Positions 20,958 through 30,624 of a stretch of 64,000 nucleotides of DNA are shown here, one piece after another. Numbering within the stretch: the stretch's first letter is position 1; each line of letters opens with the position of its first letter. The position numbers and the translations under genes are program-made. The notes under the pieces were generated by a model. The model did not search any database. It saw only the letters and a list, made by a program, of their open reading frames with translations, and was not told where the DNA came from. Source of the stretch: Candidatus Cloacimonadota bacterium (GTDB lineage: Bacteria > Cloacimonadota > Cloacimonadia > G963667145); NCBI GenBank assembly GCA_963667255.1, contig OY762940.1, positions 768,001-832,000 on the forward strand. The letters run 5' to 3'.

Positions 20958-23161
20958 GAAAATTAAAAATATTTTCAATAGTAGTTACTATATTTTTATT
21001 TGCTTGCGATGTCAATTTCAGCGACCTCGGAGTCCCGAATAACACAGCTTCTTATACACTCAAGATTGTTGATGAGCAATACGATATTGCTACGGAGATG
21101 CTGAAGTATGCGAATGGAATATCCAAAAACGATTCGGGGGCACTTTGCATAGATACGACCATCGTTTACAGCAAAACCAGTGGTATTGCTTTTAATAAGA
21201 CCTCTTTTGGTTCTGTGACTCTCTGGAGAAAACCTCCATACTATCTCACAGGCATTGCTGCTAAGAGTTTTAGTTTTTCTCCCAATGAGCTTTCCGGTAA
21301 TTTTTCTACACTTCCTACAACAGGTTCGGGGACATTCTCTTTTGGTGCTTTTACCTTTTCTCAAAGCAAAAATAATAATACAAATTCTTGGAATCCTTAT
21401 ACTGAGTTTAAATATGCCATTGTAACAGATGCTAAATTAACGGTTACTGCTACCAATAATTTAGGATTCAAGGTAACCGGCTTAAAGGTAACTGTTAGTG
21501 ACTCTTCCGGCACTGCTTTAAAAACTTTTTCTCTTGATAGTGTCTCCAATGGTTCTTCTGCTTCTGCTTCAGAAACTATTTCTTCTTTGACATATACTCA
21601 ATTTATCAATGTCAAGGTGGAAGGCTCGGTCGGTGAATATAATAAATTGCTAGTGACCACCAGCAACAAACTGACAGTGGATATTTCGTTTGCTACATTG
21701 ACCGATGCGACAACTGGGAAGGCGTATCAAATAAAATCCAGCGATTATTATGGTCCTCCCCAGGCTGATACTGTTATAGCTAATTGGAAACAAGTTCTTA
21801 CCATTGATAAAGATAAGGATGGCAGTAGCGATTTTGATATTTACAATTTTAATTCTACTCCTAGTATTATAAATAATCTTAAGATAGGTTTTGTAACTTA
21901 TTGTAGTGACAATGTATATTCGTCTTTTGCTTTTCCCGAGATTCATACTTCGTCCACAAGGAATGATACGCTAACCAGCAGTTATCAAATTTCTAAGATA
22001 ACAGGAAGTAGCAGTAGTGCTACTTATAGCAACTCTCTTCCGCTTGCAGGCAGATATTTTGGTGATACCTATTCTGCAAATGCCAATTTATTTGATACAG
22101 TTAATGTTAACGCTACATTTATTTTTCCACAATCGAGCGAATTTGTTCGTGTTTTAGACCAAAAAATTGTTGTTAGTCTCACTTTGGATAGTTTGGCTGC
22201 CGAGCAGATGATTTGTAAAGTCAAAGAAGATGTTGTCTATGGAGGGATTAGCGGGACTATTCCTGTGAGTCTTAGTCGCTTTTATGTAACTGATAGAAAT
22301 GGAAACGAAGTTTCGGAGATTAATTTATTGGATTCTTCCACAATCTCTTACTCTATGAATAGAATTATTAAAACTCAAAACAGTAATACTGTTAACAATT
22401 TTATCCGATTAAAAACAACTATGAGTAGTAGCAGAAATTCAAATAGTCGCACATATAATGACAGTGCATCATTTGGGATTACACCGTCTTTGTTGATAAA
22501 TTATGCAGGCTCTTTGCCAAACGATAATCTATTTTTAAATTTGCTGAAAATTTTGCCTGAAAATTTTTCTTATTCAGTTAGTCCGACTCTAAAGGCTTCT
22601 GATACCGTTATTGTTATAAATGCTTCTACTAATTTAGCGGTAAATCTTGCAATCAAAGCTCCAATTAGGTTTACTACAAGTGGCGATACGCTCATTTTTG
22701 TATTACGCAATGATTACGGAAATGGATTTAGAGGAATGTATAAACAATTTACTTCAGCACAATTGAACAATAGTGTTTATAAAAATTATATTAGTGGTAA
22801 TTTGGTTTTGAATTATAAAAATACATCTAATATGACACTTGGAGCAAAAATTATTATTTCCACGGATTCCAGTGTGTTATACAACAATAATATTTTGACT
22901 ACGGCAAATACTACTACAGTTGGCAACAGCGGATATCCTTCATATATAGCTCGTGTAATTAGTCTTGGCAATCTTTCACCCAATACTCCTTCTGGGACAG
23001 TTTCCGCCAGTTTGAGCAAAAATGATTTGGTTCCATTTTTGAAAGATACCTGTTATGTAGGAGTAAAAATACCTATTAATAGTTCTTCTGCCAGTTTTTC
23101 CGGTGAGTTGGACTTGGTTGGCAAAATTGAATTTGATTATAATAATTTTGGAGACCTTTAG
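20954..23161 (+). CDS. Large beta-rich lipoprotein (paralog B)
   Basis: ATG 20954 after GGAG, ATGA-coupled to kdsD. Lipobox LFAC followed by DLGVPNNTASYTLKIVD. Confidence 0.75.
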   Translation: MRKLKIFSIVVTIFLFACDVNFSDLGVPNNTASYTLKIVDEQYDIATEMLKYANGISKNDSGALCIDTTIVYSKTSGIAFNKTSFGSVTLWRKPPYYLTGIAAKSFSFSPNELSGNFSTLPTTGSGTFSFGAFTFSQSKNNNTNSWNPYTEFKYAIVTDAKLTVTATNNLGFKVTGLKVTVSDSSGTALKTFSLDSVSNGSSASASETISSLTYTQFINVKVEGSVGEYNKLLVTTSNKLTVDISFATLTDATTGKAYQIKSSDYYGPPQADTVIANWKQVLTIDKDKDGSSDFDIYNFNSTPSIINNLKIGFVTYCSDNVYSSFAFPEIHTSSTRNDTLTSSYQISKITGSSSSATYSNSLPLAGRYFGDTYSANANLFDTVNVNATFIFPQSSEFVRVLDQKIVVSLTLDSLAAEQMICKVKEDVVYGGISGTIPVSLSRFYVTDRNGNEVSEINLLDSSTISYSMNRIIKTQNSNTVNNFIRLKTTMSSSRNSNSRTYNDSASFGITPSLLINYAGSLPNDNLFLNLLKILPENFSYSVSPTLKASDTVIVINASTNLAVNLAIKAPIRFTTSGDTLIFVLRNDYGNGFRGMYKQFTSAQLNNSVYKNYISGNLVLNYKNTSNMTLGAKIIISTDSSVLYNNNILTTANTTTVGNSGYPSYIARVISLGNLSPNTPSGTVSASLSKNDLVPFLKDTCYVGVKIPINSSSASFSGELDLVGKIEFDYNNFGDL

Positions 23162-23163
23162 CG

Positions 23164-24372
23164 GTGAATTCTAAAAGATATTTTTTCTTTTTTTGTTTTC
23201 TATTTATAATTTCAAATTTATCTGCGACTTTGTTGTTCTTCCCTGAAAATCAAGCTAATTATGCTGAAAGGGAGTATTCGGAGGTTAGATTTCCCGGACT
23301 AACTTTTAACCTTGGCTATGAAAATTCAGCTTTCGATTACGATGGATTTGTAAGAATCTTGAAAATGTGCAAAAACGATTACACCTTGACTCAGAGCGAT
23401 AAAGATTTTTTGAAAAAAAACGATTTCAGCATTAAATCTTATAACTCTATTAATGTCTTAAATTTTGGCAGATGGAACTGGAATTTTCGCTCCGATATTT
23501 TAGCTTACGGGAATTTATCAAACATGAGTTCCGAATTTTTGATTTTTATGCTTGAGGGAAATAGGGACTCTACTTCTATGGAAAGATTGAAAAATCTAAA
23601 TCCCGGAAGTGGTTCAGAATCAACTATTTTTATGAAAAGCACTTTTACATATTCTAAACAAGAGCCAATTTACATCGATAATCTATTTGACTTTGATTTT
23701 CTGGATTTTGCCTTTTCTGTTGGTTTTAATGTCAATGTCTATAATCCAATTCAATATGCTAGATTAGAAACGGAAAAATTTGCAATTACTGATTCCAGTG
23801 TTGATATCTCTTTCACCAAATACTATTCTGATGGTGATGAATTTTTTACGGGATTTGGTCTTGGGTTGGGAGTGGGTTTCAAGATGGATATTGAGGATGG
23901 ATGGCTTTATTTTTCTGTTGATGACCTCTTTGGGTCTATGAGTTATCAAAAAGTTGTGGAGCAAGGTGTAAGAATAAATCAAAAAACTACAAGTAGTATT
24001 GATATAGATAGTTTTGTTAACAATGGAGATAAGGTTTATAATTACGATTATACCATTAAATTTGACCCTACTGTCGTTTTTGGTATAGAAAGATATTTGA
24101 CAAGTGACTTTAGTGTTATGGTTAAATTGAAAAGTTGTGATTATGAACTTGATGACGGAGTTTCCGTAGGATTTAACTATATGCCGAGCAAGCATTGGCC
24201 TATGCAGTTTGTGTTGGGCAATGGTATAGAGAAAGAGATGTTTTACAAGGTAAAGGCAGGGATGATTTTCAGTCGTTTTGAGGCTGATATTTCTTTATAT
24301 TTGTTTGATGGATTTTTTACTTCCGCCAAGGGATATGGCATAGAAGCGGATTTGTTTAAGATTAAATTTTAA
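23164..24372 (+). CDS. Putative outer-membrane beta-barrel (paralog 3)
   Basis: Signal peptide, GLGLGVG, FSVDDL and terminal Phe (LFKIKF). Confidence 0.72.
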   Translation: MNSKRYFFFFCFLFIISNLSATLLFFPENQANYAEREYSEVRFPGLTFNLGYENSAFDYDGFVRILKMCKNDYTLTQSDKDFLKKNDFSIKSYNSINVLNFGRWNWNFRSDILAYGNLSNMSSEFLIFMLEGNRDSTSMERLKNLNPGSGSESTIFMKSTFTYSKQEPIYIDNLFDFDFLDFAFSVGFNVNVYNPIQYARLETEKFAITDSSVDISFTKYYSDGDEFFTGFGLGLGVGFKMDIEDGWLYFSVDDLFGSMSYQKVVEQGVRINQKTTSSIDIDSFVNNGDKVYNYDYTIKFDPTVVFGIERYLTSDFSVMVKLKSCDYELDDGVSVGFNYMPSKHWPMQFVLGNGIEKEMFYKVKAGMIFSRFEADISLYLFDGFFTSAKGYGIEADLFKIKF

Positions 24373-24382
24373 GAGATAGTAA

Positions 24383-24964
24383 ATGGATAATGTTTTAAAA
24401 TCGTATAAAGACAGTTTAGGATTTTTGCAAAATTTTATAGAGGATGAGAGGAATTTGCAGAAGACCAAACTTGTTGCGGAGAGCTTGGCAAAAACTTTGT
24501 CTTTAGGTGGCAAAGCTATCTCTTGTGGCAACGGTGGAAGTATGTGTGATGCTATGCATTTTGCCGAAGAGTTTACCGGTAGATTTCACAAAGACCGTCT
24601 TGCTTTACCGGCGATAGCTCTTTCCGACCCGTCTTATCTCACTTGTGTCGGCAACGATTACGGGTTCGAGCAGATTTTTGCCAGAGGAGTAGCTGCTTAC
24701 GGACAAAAAGGTGATGTCTTAATAGCGATTTCCACCAGTGGCAATTCCGCAAATGTTCTGGAAGCGGTGAAGGAAGCCAAAAAGAGAGAGATTTATTGCG
24801 TAGGATTTTTGGGCAAAGACGGTGGCAAACTTTTGCAAGAGTGCGATGAATATTTTCTTGTTCCCGCATCAACTTCCGATAGAGTGCAGGAAGTTCACAT
24901 GATAATTTTGCACATAATCATCCAAGAAGTGGAGAGAATTTTATTTCCTCAAAATTATGTTTAA
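24383..24964 (+). CDS. gmhA: D-sedoheptulose-7-phosphate isomerase
   Basis: CGNGGS, DAMHFAEEF, NDYG, STSGNS and QEVH. Confidence 0.96.
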   Translation: MDNVLKSYKDSLGFLQNFIEDERNLQKTKLVAESLAKTLSLGGKAISCGNGGSMCDAMHFAEEFTGRFHKDRLALPAIALSDPSYLTCVGNDYGFEQIFARGVAAYGQKGDVLIAISTSGNSANVLEAVKEAKKREIYCVGFLGKDGGKLLQECDEYFLVPASTSDRVQEVHMIILHIIIQEVERILFPQNYV

Positions 24965-26069
24965 TACGGTCAAGGGGCAGAAAAGAGCCAATCTCATATT
25001 AGACAATGTGTTATCCACCGGCAGAGCGAAGGGGAGTTACCTATTTTACGGTCCATCAGGAGTGGGTAAATTTAGCAAGGCTTTGGAATTTGCGATGTCT
25101 CTCAATTGCACTTCCGACGGTAATAAACCTTGTAGGCAATGCAACTCGTGCAAGAAATTTTTGGCTCTGTCACATCCTGATTTAGTCTATGTTTTCCCGA
25201 CTCCCAATCTCAAACTTCAGCCTGACGGTTTCGTAAAAGAGAGCAAGTTTTTAAAAGAGTATGAAGCTTATCTGAAAAACAAAATTGAATCTCCGTATAA
25301 GCCGTTCTTTTTCTCAGTCGGGACTCAGATTAGGATAGATGCCGTTCATATGCTTTCTCATCGACTGAGTATGAGCATCAGCGAGGGCAAATACAAGGTT
25401 TGCATCATAGAGGATGTTCATTTGATGAACCAGAATGCAGCGAACGCTTTCTTGAAAATATTGGAAGAGCCACCTGAAAATTGCGTTATCATTTTGCTTA
25501 CCGAACAAAAAGAAAGCCTTTTGCCCACGATAATTTCTCGTTGCAAAGGTGTGCCTTTTGTCAAACTGTCGTGGAAAATCATAGCTGAGATTCTTGAGAA
25601 AAATTATGTTTCAGAAATTTCGGAAGCGGAACTGTATGCGAAAATCGCTGACGGAGATATAGCCAAAGCGATAAGGTTGGCAAAGGGTTATGGACTGGAA
25701 CGGAGAGAGGAAGCCAAAGAGCTACTACTGGCAATGGCAAACAGGGACGACATCTCCGTGAGTCAGCTGGCGACCAATCTGGGCAAGGTTTCCGTGAAAA
25801 ACGAAGTGCAGGTTGTTTTGCATTATCTGTCCTCTTTTTTTATGGATATCTATAAACTTGGCAACGGATTGCCGACTATTACCAACCTTGATTATCGGGA
25901 AATTCTGGAGAACATCGCTCTCAAGAACGCTGGTTTTAACCAATATTTACCTCCTTTGGTGCAAGAGATAGATGCTATGGTGAAAATAAATAATTTGAAT
26001 TTTAGCATTTTGATAATGGCTCTTTATTCGCAATTTTGTGGAAATAGAATTAGTTACGAAGGGGTATAG
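24957..26069 (+). CDS. holB: DNA polymerase III subunit delta-prime
   Basis: YLFYGPSGVGK, PCRQCNSC..HPD, NAFLKILEEPP and TIISRC. Confidence 0.9.
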   Translation: MFNTVKGQKRANLILDNVLSTGRAKGSYLFYGPSGVGKFSKALEFAMSLNCTSDGNKPCRQCNSCKKFLALSHPDLVYVFPTPNLKLQPDGFVKESKFLKEYEAYLKNKIESPYKPFFFSVGTQIRIDAVHMLSHRLSMSISEGKYKVCIIEDVHLMNQNAANAFLKILEEPPENCVIILLTEQKESLLPTIISRCKGVPFVKLSWKIIAEILEKNYVSEISEAELYAKIADGDIAKAIRLAKGYGLERREEAKELLLAMANRDDISVSQLATNLGKVSVKNEVQVVLHYLSSFFMDIYKLGNGLPTITNLDYREILENIALKNAGFNQYLPPLVQEIDAMVKINNLNFSILIMALYSQFCGNRISYEGV

Positions 26070-26154
26070 AAAAAAAGTTGTGAAATAGCAAAAAGAACTT
26101 GACCATAAATCCTTGGTTTTTTTTGTGGGTGTACTTGGATAATGGTTTACAGTT

Positions 26155-26232
26155 CGGGGTGTAGCGCAGTCCGGTTAGCGCACTGGTTTTGGGAACCAGG
26201 GGTCGAAGGTTCAAATCCTTCTACCCCGACCA
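26155..26232 (+). tRNA. tRNA-Pro(TGG)
   Basis: Cloverleaf with CTGGT-ttTGGga-ACCAG and encoded CCA. Confidence 0.96.
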
Positions 26233-26240
26233 TTTATAGA

Positions 26241-26316
26241 GGGTGTTTAGCTCAGTTGGGAGAGCACCTGCCTTACAAGCAGGCTGTCGGGGGTTCAAGT
26301 CCCTCAACACCCACCA
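26241..26316 (+). tRNA. tRNA-Val(TAC)
   Basis: CCTGC-ctTACaa-GCAGG and CCA. Confidence 0.96.
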
Positions 26317-26334
26317 TTTTTTTTAGATTTTCCC

Positions 26335-26411
26335 GGGGGCGTAGTTCAGTCGGTTAGAACGTCTGCCTGTCACGCAGAAGGTCGCGAGTTCGAGTCCCGT
26401 CGCTCCCGCCA
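26335..26411 (+). tRNA. tRNA-Asp(GTC)
   Basis: TCTGC-ctGTCac-GCAGA and CCA. Confidence 0.96.
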
Positions 26412-26415
26412 TTTT

Positions 26416-26444
26416 GGCTACTCAGCTTTTGTTGAGTAGCTTTT
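26416..26444 (+). terminator. Intrinsic terminator after tRNA-Asp
   Basis: GCTACTCAGC-tttt-GTTGAGTAGC followed by TTTT. Confidence 0.7.
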
Positions 26445-26466
26445 GTTTTTTAGGAGACAAACATTT

Positions 26467-26925
26467 ATGAAAGAAAGATTCAGGTTCAATCCCTTTTTGA
26501 GATTTTTTACTTTATTCATCGGACTCGTTGCCATTTCATATTGTGTCTATATTATTATCGTAGTCAATCCCGCATCCGCAAATCTCAGTAAGATGAAGAT
26601 GATTTTGCCTTATTTGGTGATAGTGTTGGCTCTCAATTCTGTTTTCCGCAACTTCTTTACCCTCAATTCAATCTCTCTCGATGACACTGTCATCGTTTTT
26701 AACAAGTTGGCTTTTGGCTCTTGTCGGATTGAGATTTCGGATATTAAGCAAATCAAATTTATGGATAAGAGAATGCGATTATTGCAATTAACCTACTCGA
26801 GTGGGGACAAGCTACAGAAGTATTCTTTCAATTTAGGATTTCCCGCAGTTTTGACTGCGCTTACCAAGTTAAAAGAGAAAAATCCCGAAATTGAGTTCGT
26901 GGGCGATTTGGACAAAATGGTGTAA
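26467..26925 (+). CDS. Hypothetical two-TM membrane protein with a soluble C-terminal domain
   Basis: ATG 26467 after GGAG, two hydrophobic helices, ends 2 nt before mtnP. Confidence 0.65.
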   Translation: MKERFRFNPFLRFFTLFIGLVAISYCVYIIIVVNPASANLSKMKMILPYLVIVLALNSVFRNFFTLNSISLDDTVIVFNKLAFGSCRIEISDIKQIKFMDKRMRLLQLTYSSGDKLQKYSFNLGFPAVLTALTKLKEKNPEIEFVGDLDKMV

Positions 26926-26927
26926 TA

Positions 26928-27689
26928 ATGGTCACAAAAGCTATAATCGGCGGAACTGGTGTCTATGAAGGTGGCGGAAATTTTGAAGAGGTCAAAGTTA
27001 GCACAGGGTATGGCGAAGTTGCGGTAACTATTGGAGAGTTTTCCGGGGAGAAGATAGCTTTTCTGGCACGGCATGGCAGTGGTCACAGTGTGCCACCTCA
27101 CAAGATAAACTATTTGGCTAATATGAAAGCGTTGTCGGAGCTGGGAGTGAAGTTTGTTTACACCACTGCGGCTGTCGGTTCTTGTTCGTCTGATTTTCAA
27201 GTTGGCGATTTGGTGATGATTAGCGATTTCATCGATTTTACTTCGGGTAGAGTCAGCACCTATTATGAGAATGGGGAACAGGTCGCTCATGTGAAGATGG
27301 ATACTCCCTATTGTCCGTATTTGCAGAAAAAGTTTTTAGAGAATGCGGATTCTTTGCAAATAAAGGGGAATGCGATTTACGGTTGCACGCAAGGACCGCG
27401 ATTTGAGACGGCAGCGGAGATTAGAGCGTTCGCTCATTTGGGTGCTACTGTGATAGGGATGACGAGCGTTCCCGAGGTTTGTCTTGCCAAGGAGTTGGGG
27501 ATGTGCTACGCTACAATCGGCGTGATAACAAATATGTGCACCGGTTTCAGCTCGGAGATTACCACGCATGACATCGCTACGAGTATGCACAAAAACAAAG
27601 CTAAACTCATCGAGGTTTTCTTAAAAGTGTTCTCTGCCGACCTCACGCAAAATGAGTGCAGTTGCAAAGATTCTCTGTTGTTTCTGTAA
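26928..27689 (+). CDS. mtnP: S-methyl-5'-thioadenosine/thioinosine phosphorylase
   Basis: IIGGTG, ARHG..H.VPPH.INY.AN, GPRFETAAE and GMT..PE..LA.E. Confidence 0.88.
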   Translation: MVTKAIIGGTGVYEGGGNFEEVKVSTGYGEVAVTIGEFSGEKIAFLARHGSGHSVPPHKINYLANMKALSELGVKFVYTTAAVGSCSSDFQVGDLVMISDFIDFTSGRVSTYYENGEQVAHVKMDTPYCPYLQKKFLENADSLQIKGNAIYGCTQGPRFETAAEIRAFAHLGATVIGMTSVPEVCLAKELGMCYATIGVITNMCTGFSSEITTHDIATSMHKNKAKLIEVFLKVFSADLTQNECSCKDSLLFL

Positions 27690-28142
27690 ATGATAAAAAT
27701 TTTCTGGATTGGCAAAACGAAGAACAAAGATGTTGGCAATTTGCTTGACTACTATCTGAAACTTTCGTCCAAATTTCAGCCTGTGAAAGTTTGTGATTTG
27801 CCTAAGGTCAGAAAAAATTTGCCCAAAGATGAGATAAAAAAGTTGGAAGGCGAAACGATTTTGGCAAAATTTGAGCCAGATGCTGTAAATATTTTGTTGG
27901 ATGAAAATGGCGAGCAACAAACTTCGGTTCAGTTTTCCAAATTTTTACAAACAAATTCCAACCGTAACATCAATTTTTTCATCGGAGGAGCGTTTGGTTT
28001 CTCCGAAAATATCAAGCAAAAAGCCGACTTGCTACTTAGTTTTTCCAATTTCACTTTTACTCACGATATGATTAGAGCCTTGTTGTGCGAGCAGATTTAT
28101 CGGGCGTTCACGATTTCAGCAGGAAAGGAGTATCACTATTAA
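27690..28142 (+). CDS. rlmH: 23S rRNA m3Psi1915 methyltransferase
   Basis: IGGAFG, TFTHDM and EQIYRA...YHY. Confidence 0.95.
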   Translation: MIKIFWIGKTKNKDVGNLLDYYLKLSSKFQPVKVCDLPKVRKNLPKDEIKKLEGETILAKFEPDAVNILLDENGEQQTSVQFSKFLQTNSNRNINFFIGGAFGFSENIKQKADLLLSFSNFTFTHDMIRALLCEQIYRAFTISAGKEYHY

Positions 28143-28143
28143 A

Positions 28144-29169
28144 ATGCATATATTCGATTTTAAATCCGAAAAGGAGTTTGCCGATTTTATCACTTCTTTC
28201 GGGTTTCCCAAGTTTCGAGCGAAACAGGTTTTCGATTGGGTTTATGATAAATTTGTTTTGGATTTGGACAAGATGAAAAATCTTCCCAAAGATTTGTGTG
28301 AATTTCTTGAAAACAATGTGAATTGGGAATTGCCAAGATGTGTGAAGGAGTCTGTTGCCACAGATAAAACGAGCAAGGTTTTGTTTGATTATGGCAACGG
28401 GAATTTTATTGAGAGCGTTTTAATCCCCTCTGATAGCAGGATGACTTTGTGTGTTTCCACTCAAGTTGGATGCAAGATGGGCTGTCTTTTTTGTGCGACA
28501 GGCAAGATGGGATTTGTTCGCAATCTCTTTTCTTGGGAGATAATTGCTCAGATTTTTTGGGCAGCCGAGTTTTGCAAAGCCAACGGAAAGAGGCTCAGCA
28601 ATTTGGTTTATATGGGTATGGGCGAACCTCTGGACAACTACGAATCTGTGTTGCAAAGTGTGCGAAGTGCCAAAGATTTTTTCGGACTTGGAGCGAAGAG
28701 AGTTGTGATTTCCACTTGTGGTTTGCCACGGGGGATTGAGCAATTGTCCGTTGATGAGCCGAATTTGAAGTTGGCAGTCTCGTTGCACAGTGCGGTGGAG
28801 ATTGTGCGAAATCAGTTGATGCCGATTTCCAAAAGTCATTCTTTGGCGGAATTAAAAAACTCTTTGCTCAATTTTTCCAAGAAGTCGCCTTTCAAAATCA
28901 CATTTGAATACATTTTGCTTCCGGAAATCAATATGGACAGGAAGTCCGTCAAGGCACTGTTTTCTTACCTTGGCGATTTGCCGGCGAAGGTAAATTTCAT
29001 TCCTTACAATAGCGTTGAGGGTGTTGGTTTTGCCAGTCCGACGAAACGAGAGATAGAGAGTTTTTGTCGATATTTTGAGCATGCTCCTTTTCCATATACC
29101 ATTCGCAATTCGATGGGAAACAAGGTGCAGGCAGCTTGTGGGCAACTTGCCGGCAAGAGAAATAAGTAG
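28144..29169 (+). CDS. rlmN: Dual-specificity RNA methyltransferase RlmN
   Basis: STQVGCKMGCLFC, MGMGEP and AACGQL. Confidence 0.95.
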   Translation: MHIFDFKSEKEFADFITSFGFPKFRAKQVFDWVYDKFVLDLDKMKNLPKDLCEFLENNVNWELPRCVKESVATDKTSKVLFDYGNGNFIESVLIPSDSRMTLCVSTQVGCKMGCLFCATGKMGFVRNLFSWEIIAQIFWAAEFCKANGKRLSNLVYMGMGEPLDNYESVLQSVRSAKDFFGLGAKRVVISTCGLPRGIEQLSVDEPNLKLAVSLHSAVEIVRNQLMPISKSHSLAELKNSLLNFSKKSPFKITFEYILLPEINMDRKSVKALFSYLGDLPAKVNFIPYNSVEGVGFASPTKREIESFCRYFEHAPFPYTIRNSMGNKVQAACGQLAGKRNK

Positions 29170-29227
29170 CTTACCCACAAAACAAAAAGACACCTAATCC
29201 CGTGAATCAGATGTCTTTTCAAAAAAA

Positions 29228-29302
29228 TGGCTCTGGAAGAGGGATTCGAACCCCCGACCTAGTGGTTAACAGCCACCCGCTCTACCGCTGAGCTATTCCA
29301 GA
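29228..29302 (-). tRNA. tRNA-Asn(GTT)
   Basis: Minus-strand cloverleaf GGTGG-ctGTTaa-CCACT, U1-A72 and CCA. Confidence 0.95.
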
Positions 29303-29472
29303 ACGAATGGATACATACAAAATTTAGGCGTTTTGGTGTCAACAAATTTTTGATGTTACTTTTTTTTGAGAAGAGAAGAAAGAATGGGTCCCCGTTTTCA
29401 CAAGAACGAGGATTAGAAGAGCAAGAAGCAAATGCAAATAAGAGATAAAAAATAAAAATGAAAAATTGCGGA

Positions 29473-29794
29473 GCACTGTCGAGTTGGGAACTCGCCAGTG
29501 TTTTTTGTTCCGACACCGCCCTCATTCCCATACCACCACCTACATTCTTGCACCACCGTTCTCATTCCCGCTGTCTATCAAGCACAACTCTAATTTAGTT
29601 GCAATGTTGTTCTTGTGCTTGGAACGCGGGAATCCAGTCGGGATAGGTTGGGACACCAGCGGTTGCTTTTTCCCGTATGCATTCCCCTGACCACATAAAT
29701 GTAGTCTCAATTGATTAGCCGTATTTATGTGGTCAGGGGAACGAGTGCCAAAGGAACGGGCTTTTATAGTTAGTCTTTTCGACCTCCGAAAAGA
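29473..29794. repeat. Cluster of REP-like palindromes and 20-bp tandem repeats
   Basis: Three CACC..CATTC units with 20-bp period (29514-29573), an ATTCCCGC...GCGGGAAT hairpin, and a perfect 19-bp IR at 29682-29700/29723-29741. Confidence 0.75.
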
Positions 29795-29869
29795 TGAACA
29801 AAATATTTTCCTTGACTTAAAATCCCCCGAATTTTGTATGCACTCACTCAAAGTTTTTGAGAGTTATAT

Positions 29870-29956
29870 GCCGAAGTGGTGAAATTGGTAGACGCAGTGG
29901 ACTCAAAATCCTCCGAGCATTTGCTCGTGCCGGTTCGATTCCGGCCTTCGGCACCA
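29870..29956 (+). tRNA. tRNA-Leu(CAA)
   Basis: ctCAAaa loop, long variable arm and CCA. Confidence 0.95.
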
Positions 29957-29965
29957 TTTTTTATT

Positions 29966-29992
29966 GCCTTCTTAGATGGAGGCTTTTTTTTT
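29966..29992 (+). terminator. Intrinsic terminator after tRNA-Leu
   Basis: GCCTTC...GGAGGC followed by T9. Confidence 0.7.
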
Positions 29993-30037
29993 GGTCACAA
30001 AAAATTGGATTTAATTTAAAAATTTAGGAGCAGTGTT

Positions 30038-30607
30038 ATGGCATCTACTTCTGATATCCGTAATGGATTAATTATCAGATACAAAGACAAGTTGTGGGAA
30101 ATCGTTGAGTTTTTGCATGTGAAACCTGGAAAAGGTGGAGCTTTTGTGAGGACTAAACTGAAAAATGTGCAAACAGGACAAGTTGTGGAGAACACTTTTA
30201 GAGCGGGGGAGAAGCTTGACCCCGTAAGAGTAGAAGCACACAAATTGGACTATTTGTATAGCGATGAGGAGTTTTGCCATTTTATGAATAGCGAAACCTT
30301 CGAGCAGTTGGCTGTTCCCATCGAAACAATTGGCGATAACAAATATTATTTGTTGGAAGGGACGCAGGTCAAGATTAAGTTTGGTGAGAACGATATGAGT
30401 CTTGTTTTGGGCTTGGATTTGCCTACGAGTGTAAATCTCAAGATTGCTGAGTGTGAGCCGAATGTCAAAGGCAATTCCGCTTCCACGAGTTACAAAACCG
30501 GTAAGACTGAGACTGGGATGCCGATTTCTATTCCGTTCTTTATCGAAGAGGGCGACTTGGTTAAGGTTGATACTCGCACGGGTAAATACTTGGAAAGAAT
30601 CAAATAG
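30038..30607 (+). CDS. efp: Elongation factor P
   Basis: HVKPGKGGAFVR and VDTRTGKYLER. Confidence 0.97.
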   Translation: MASTSDIRNGLIIRYKDKLWEIVEFLHVKPGKGGAFVRTKLKNVQTGQVVENTFRAGEKLDPVRVEAHKLDYLYSDEEFCHFMNSETFEQLAVPIETIGDNKYYLLEGTQVKIKFGENDMSLVLGLDLPTSVNLKIAECEPNVKGNSASTSYKTGKTETGMPISIPFFIEEGDLVKVDTRTGKYLERIK

Positions 30608-30624
30608 AGTTATTGAAAATTTTC

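Noticed and set aside
29466..29851. Short ORFs over the palindrome cluster, and a possible mini CRISPR array there
   Set aside because: The ORFs have no coding features. The repeats are degenerate and contiguous, without unique spacers.
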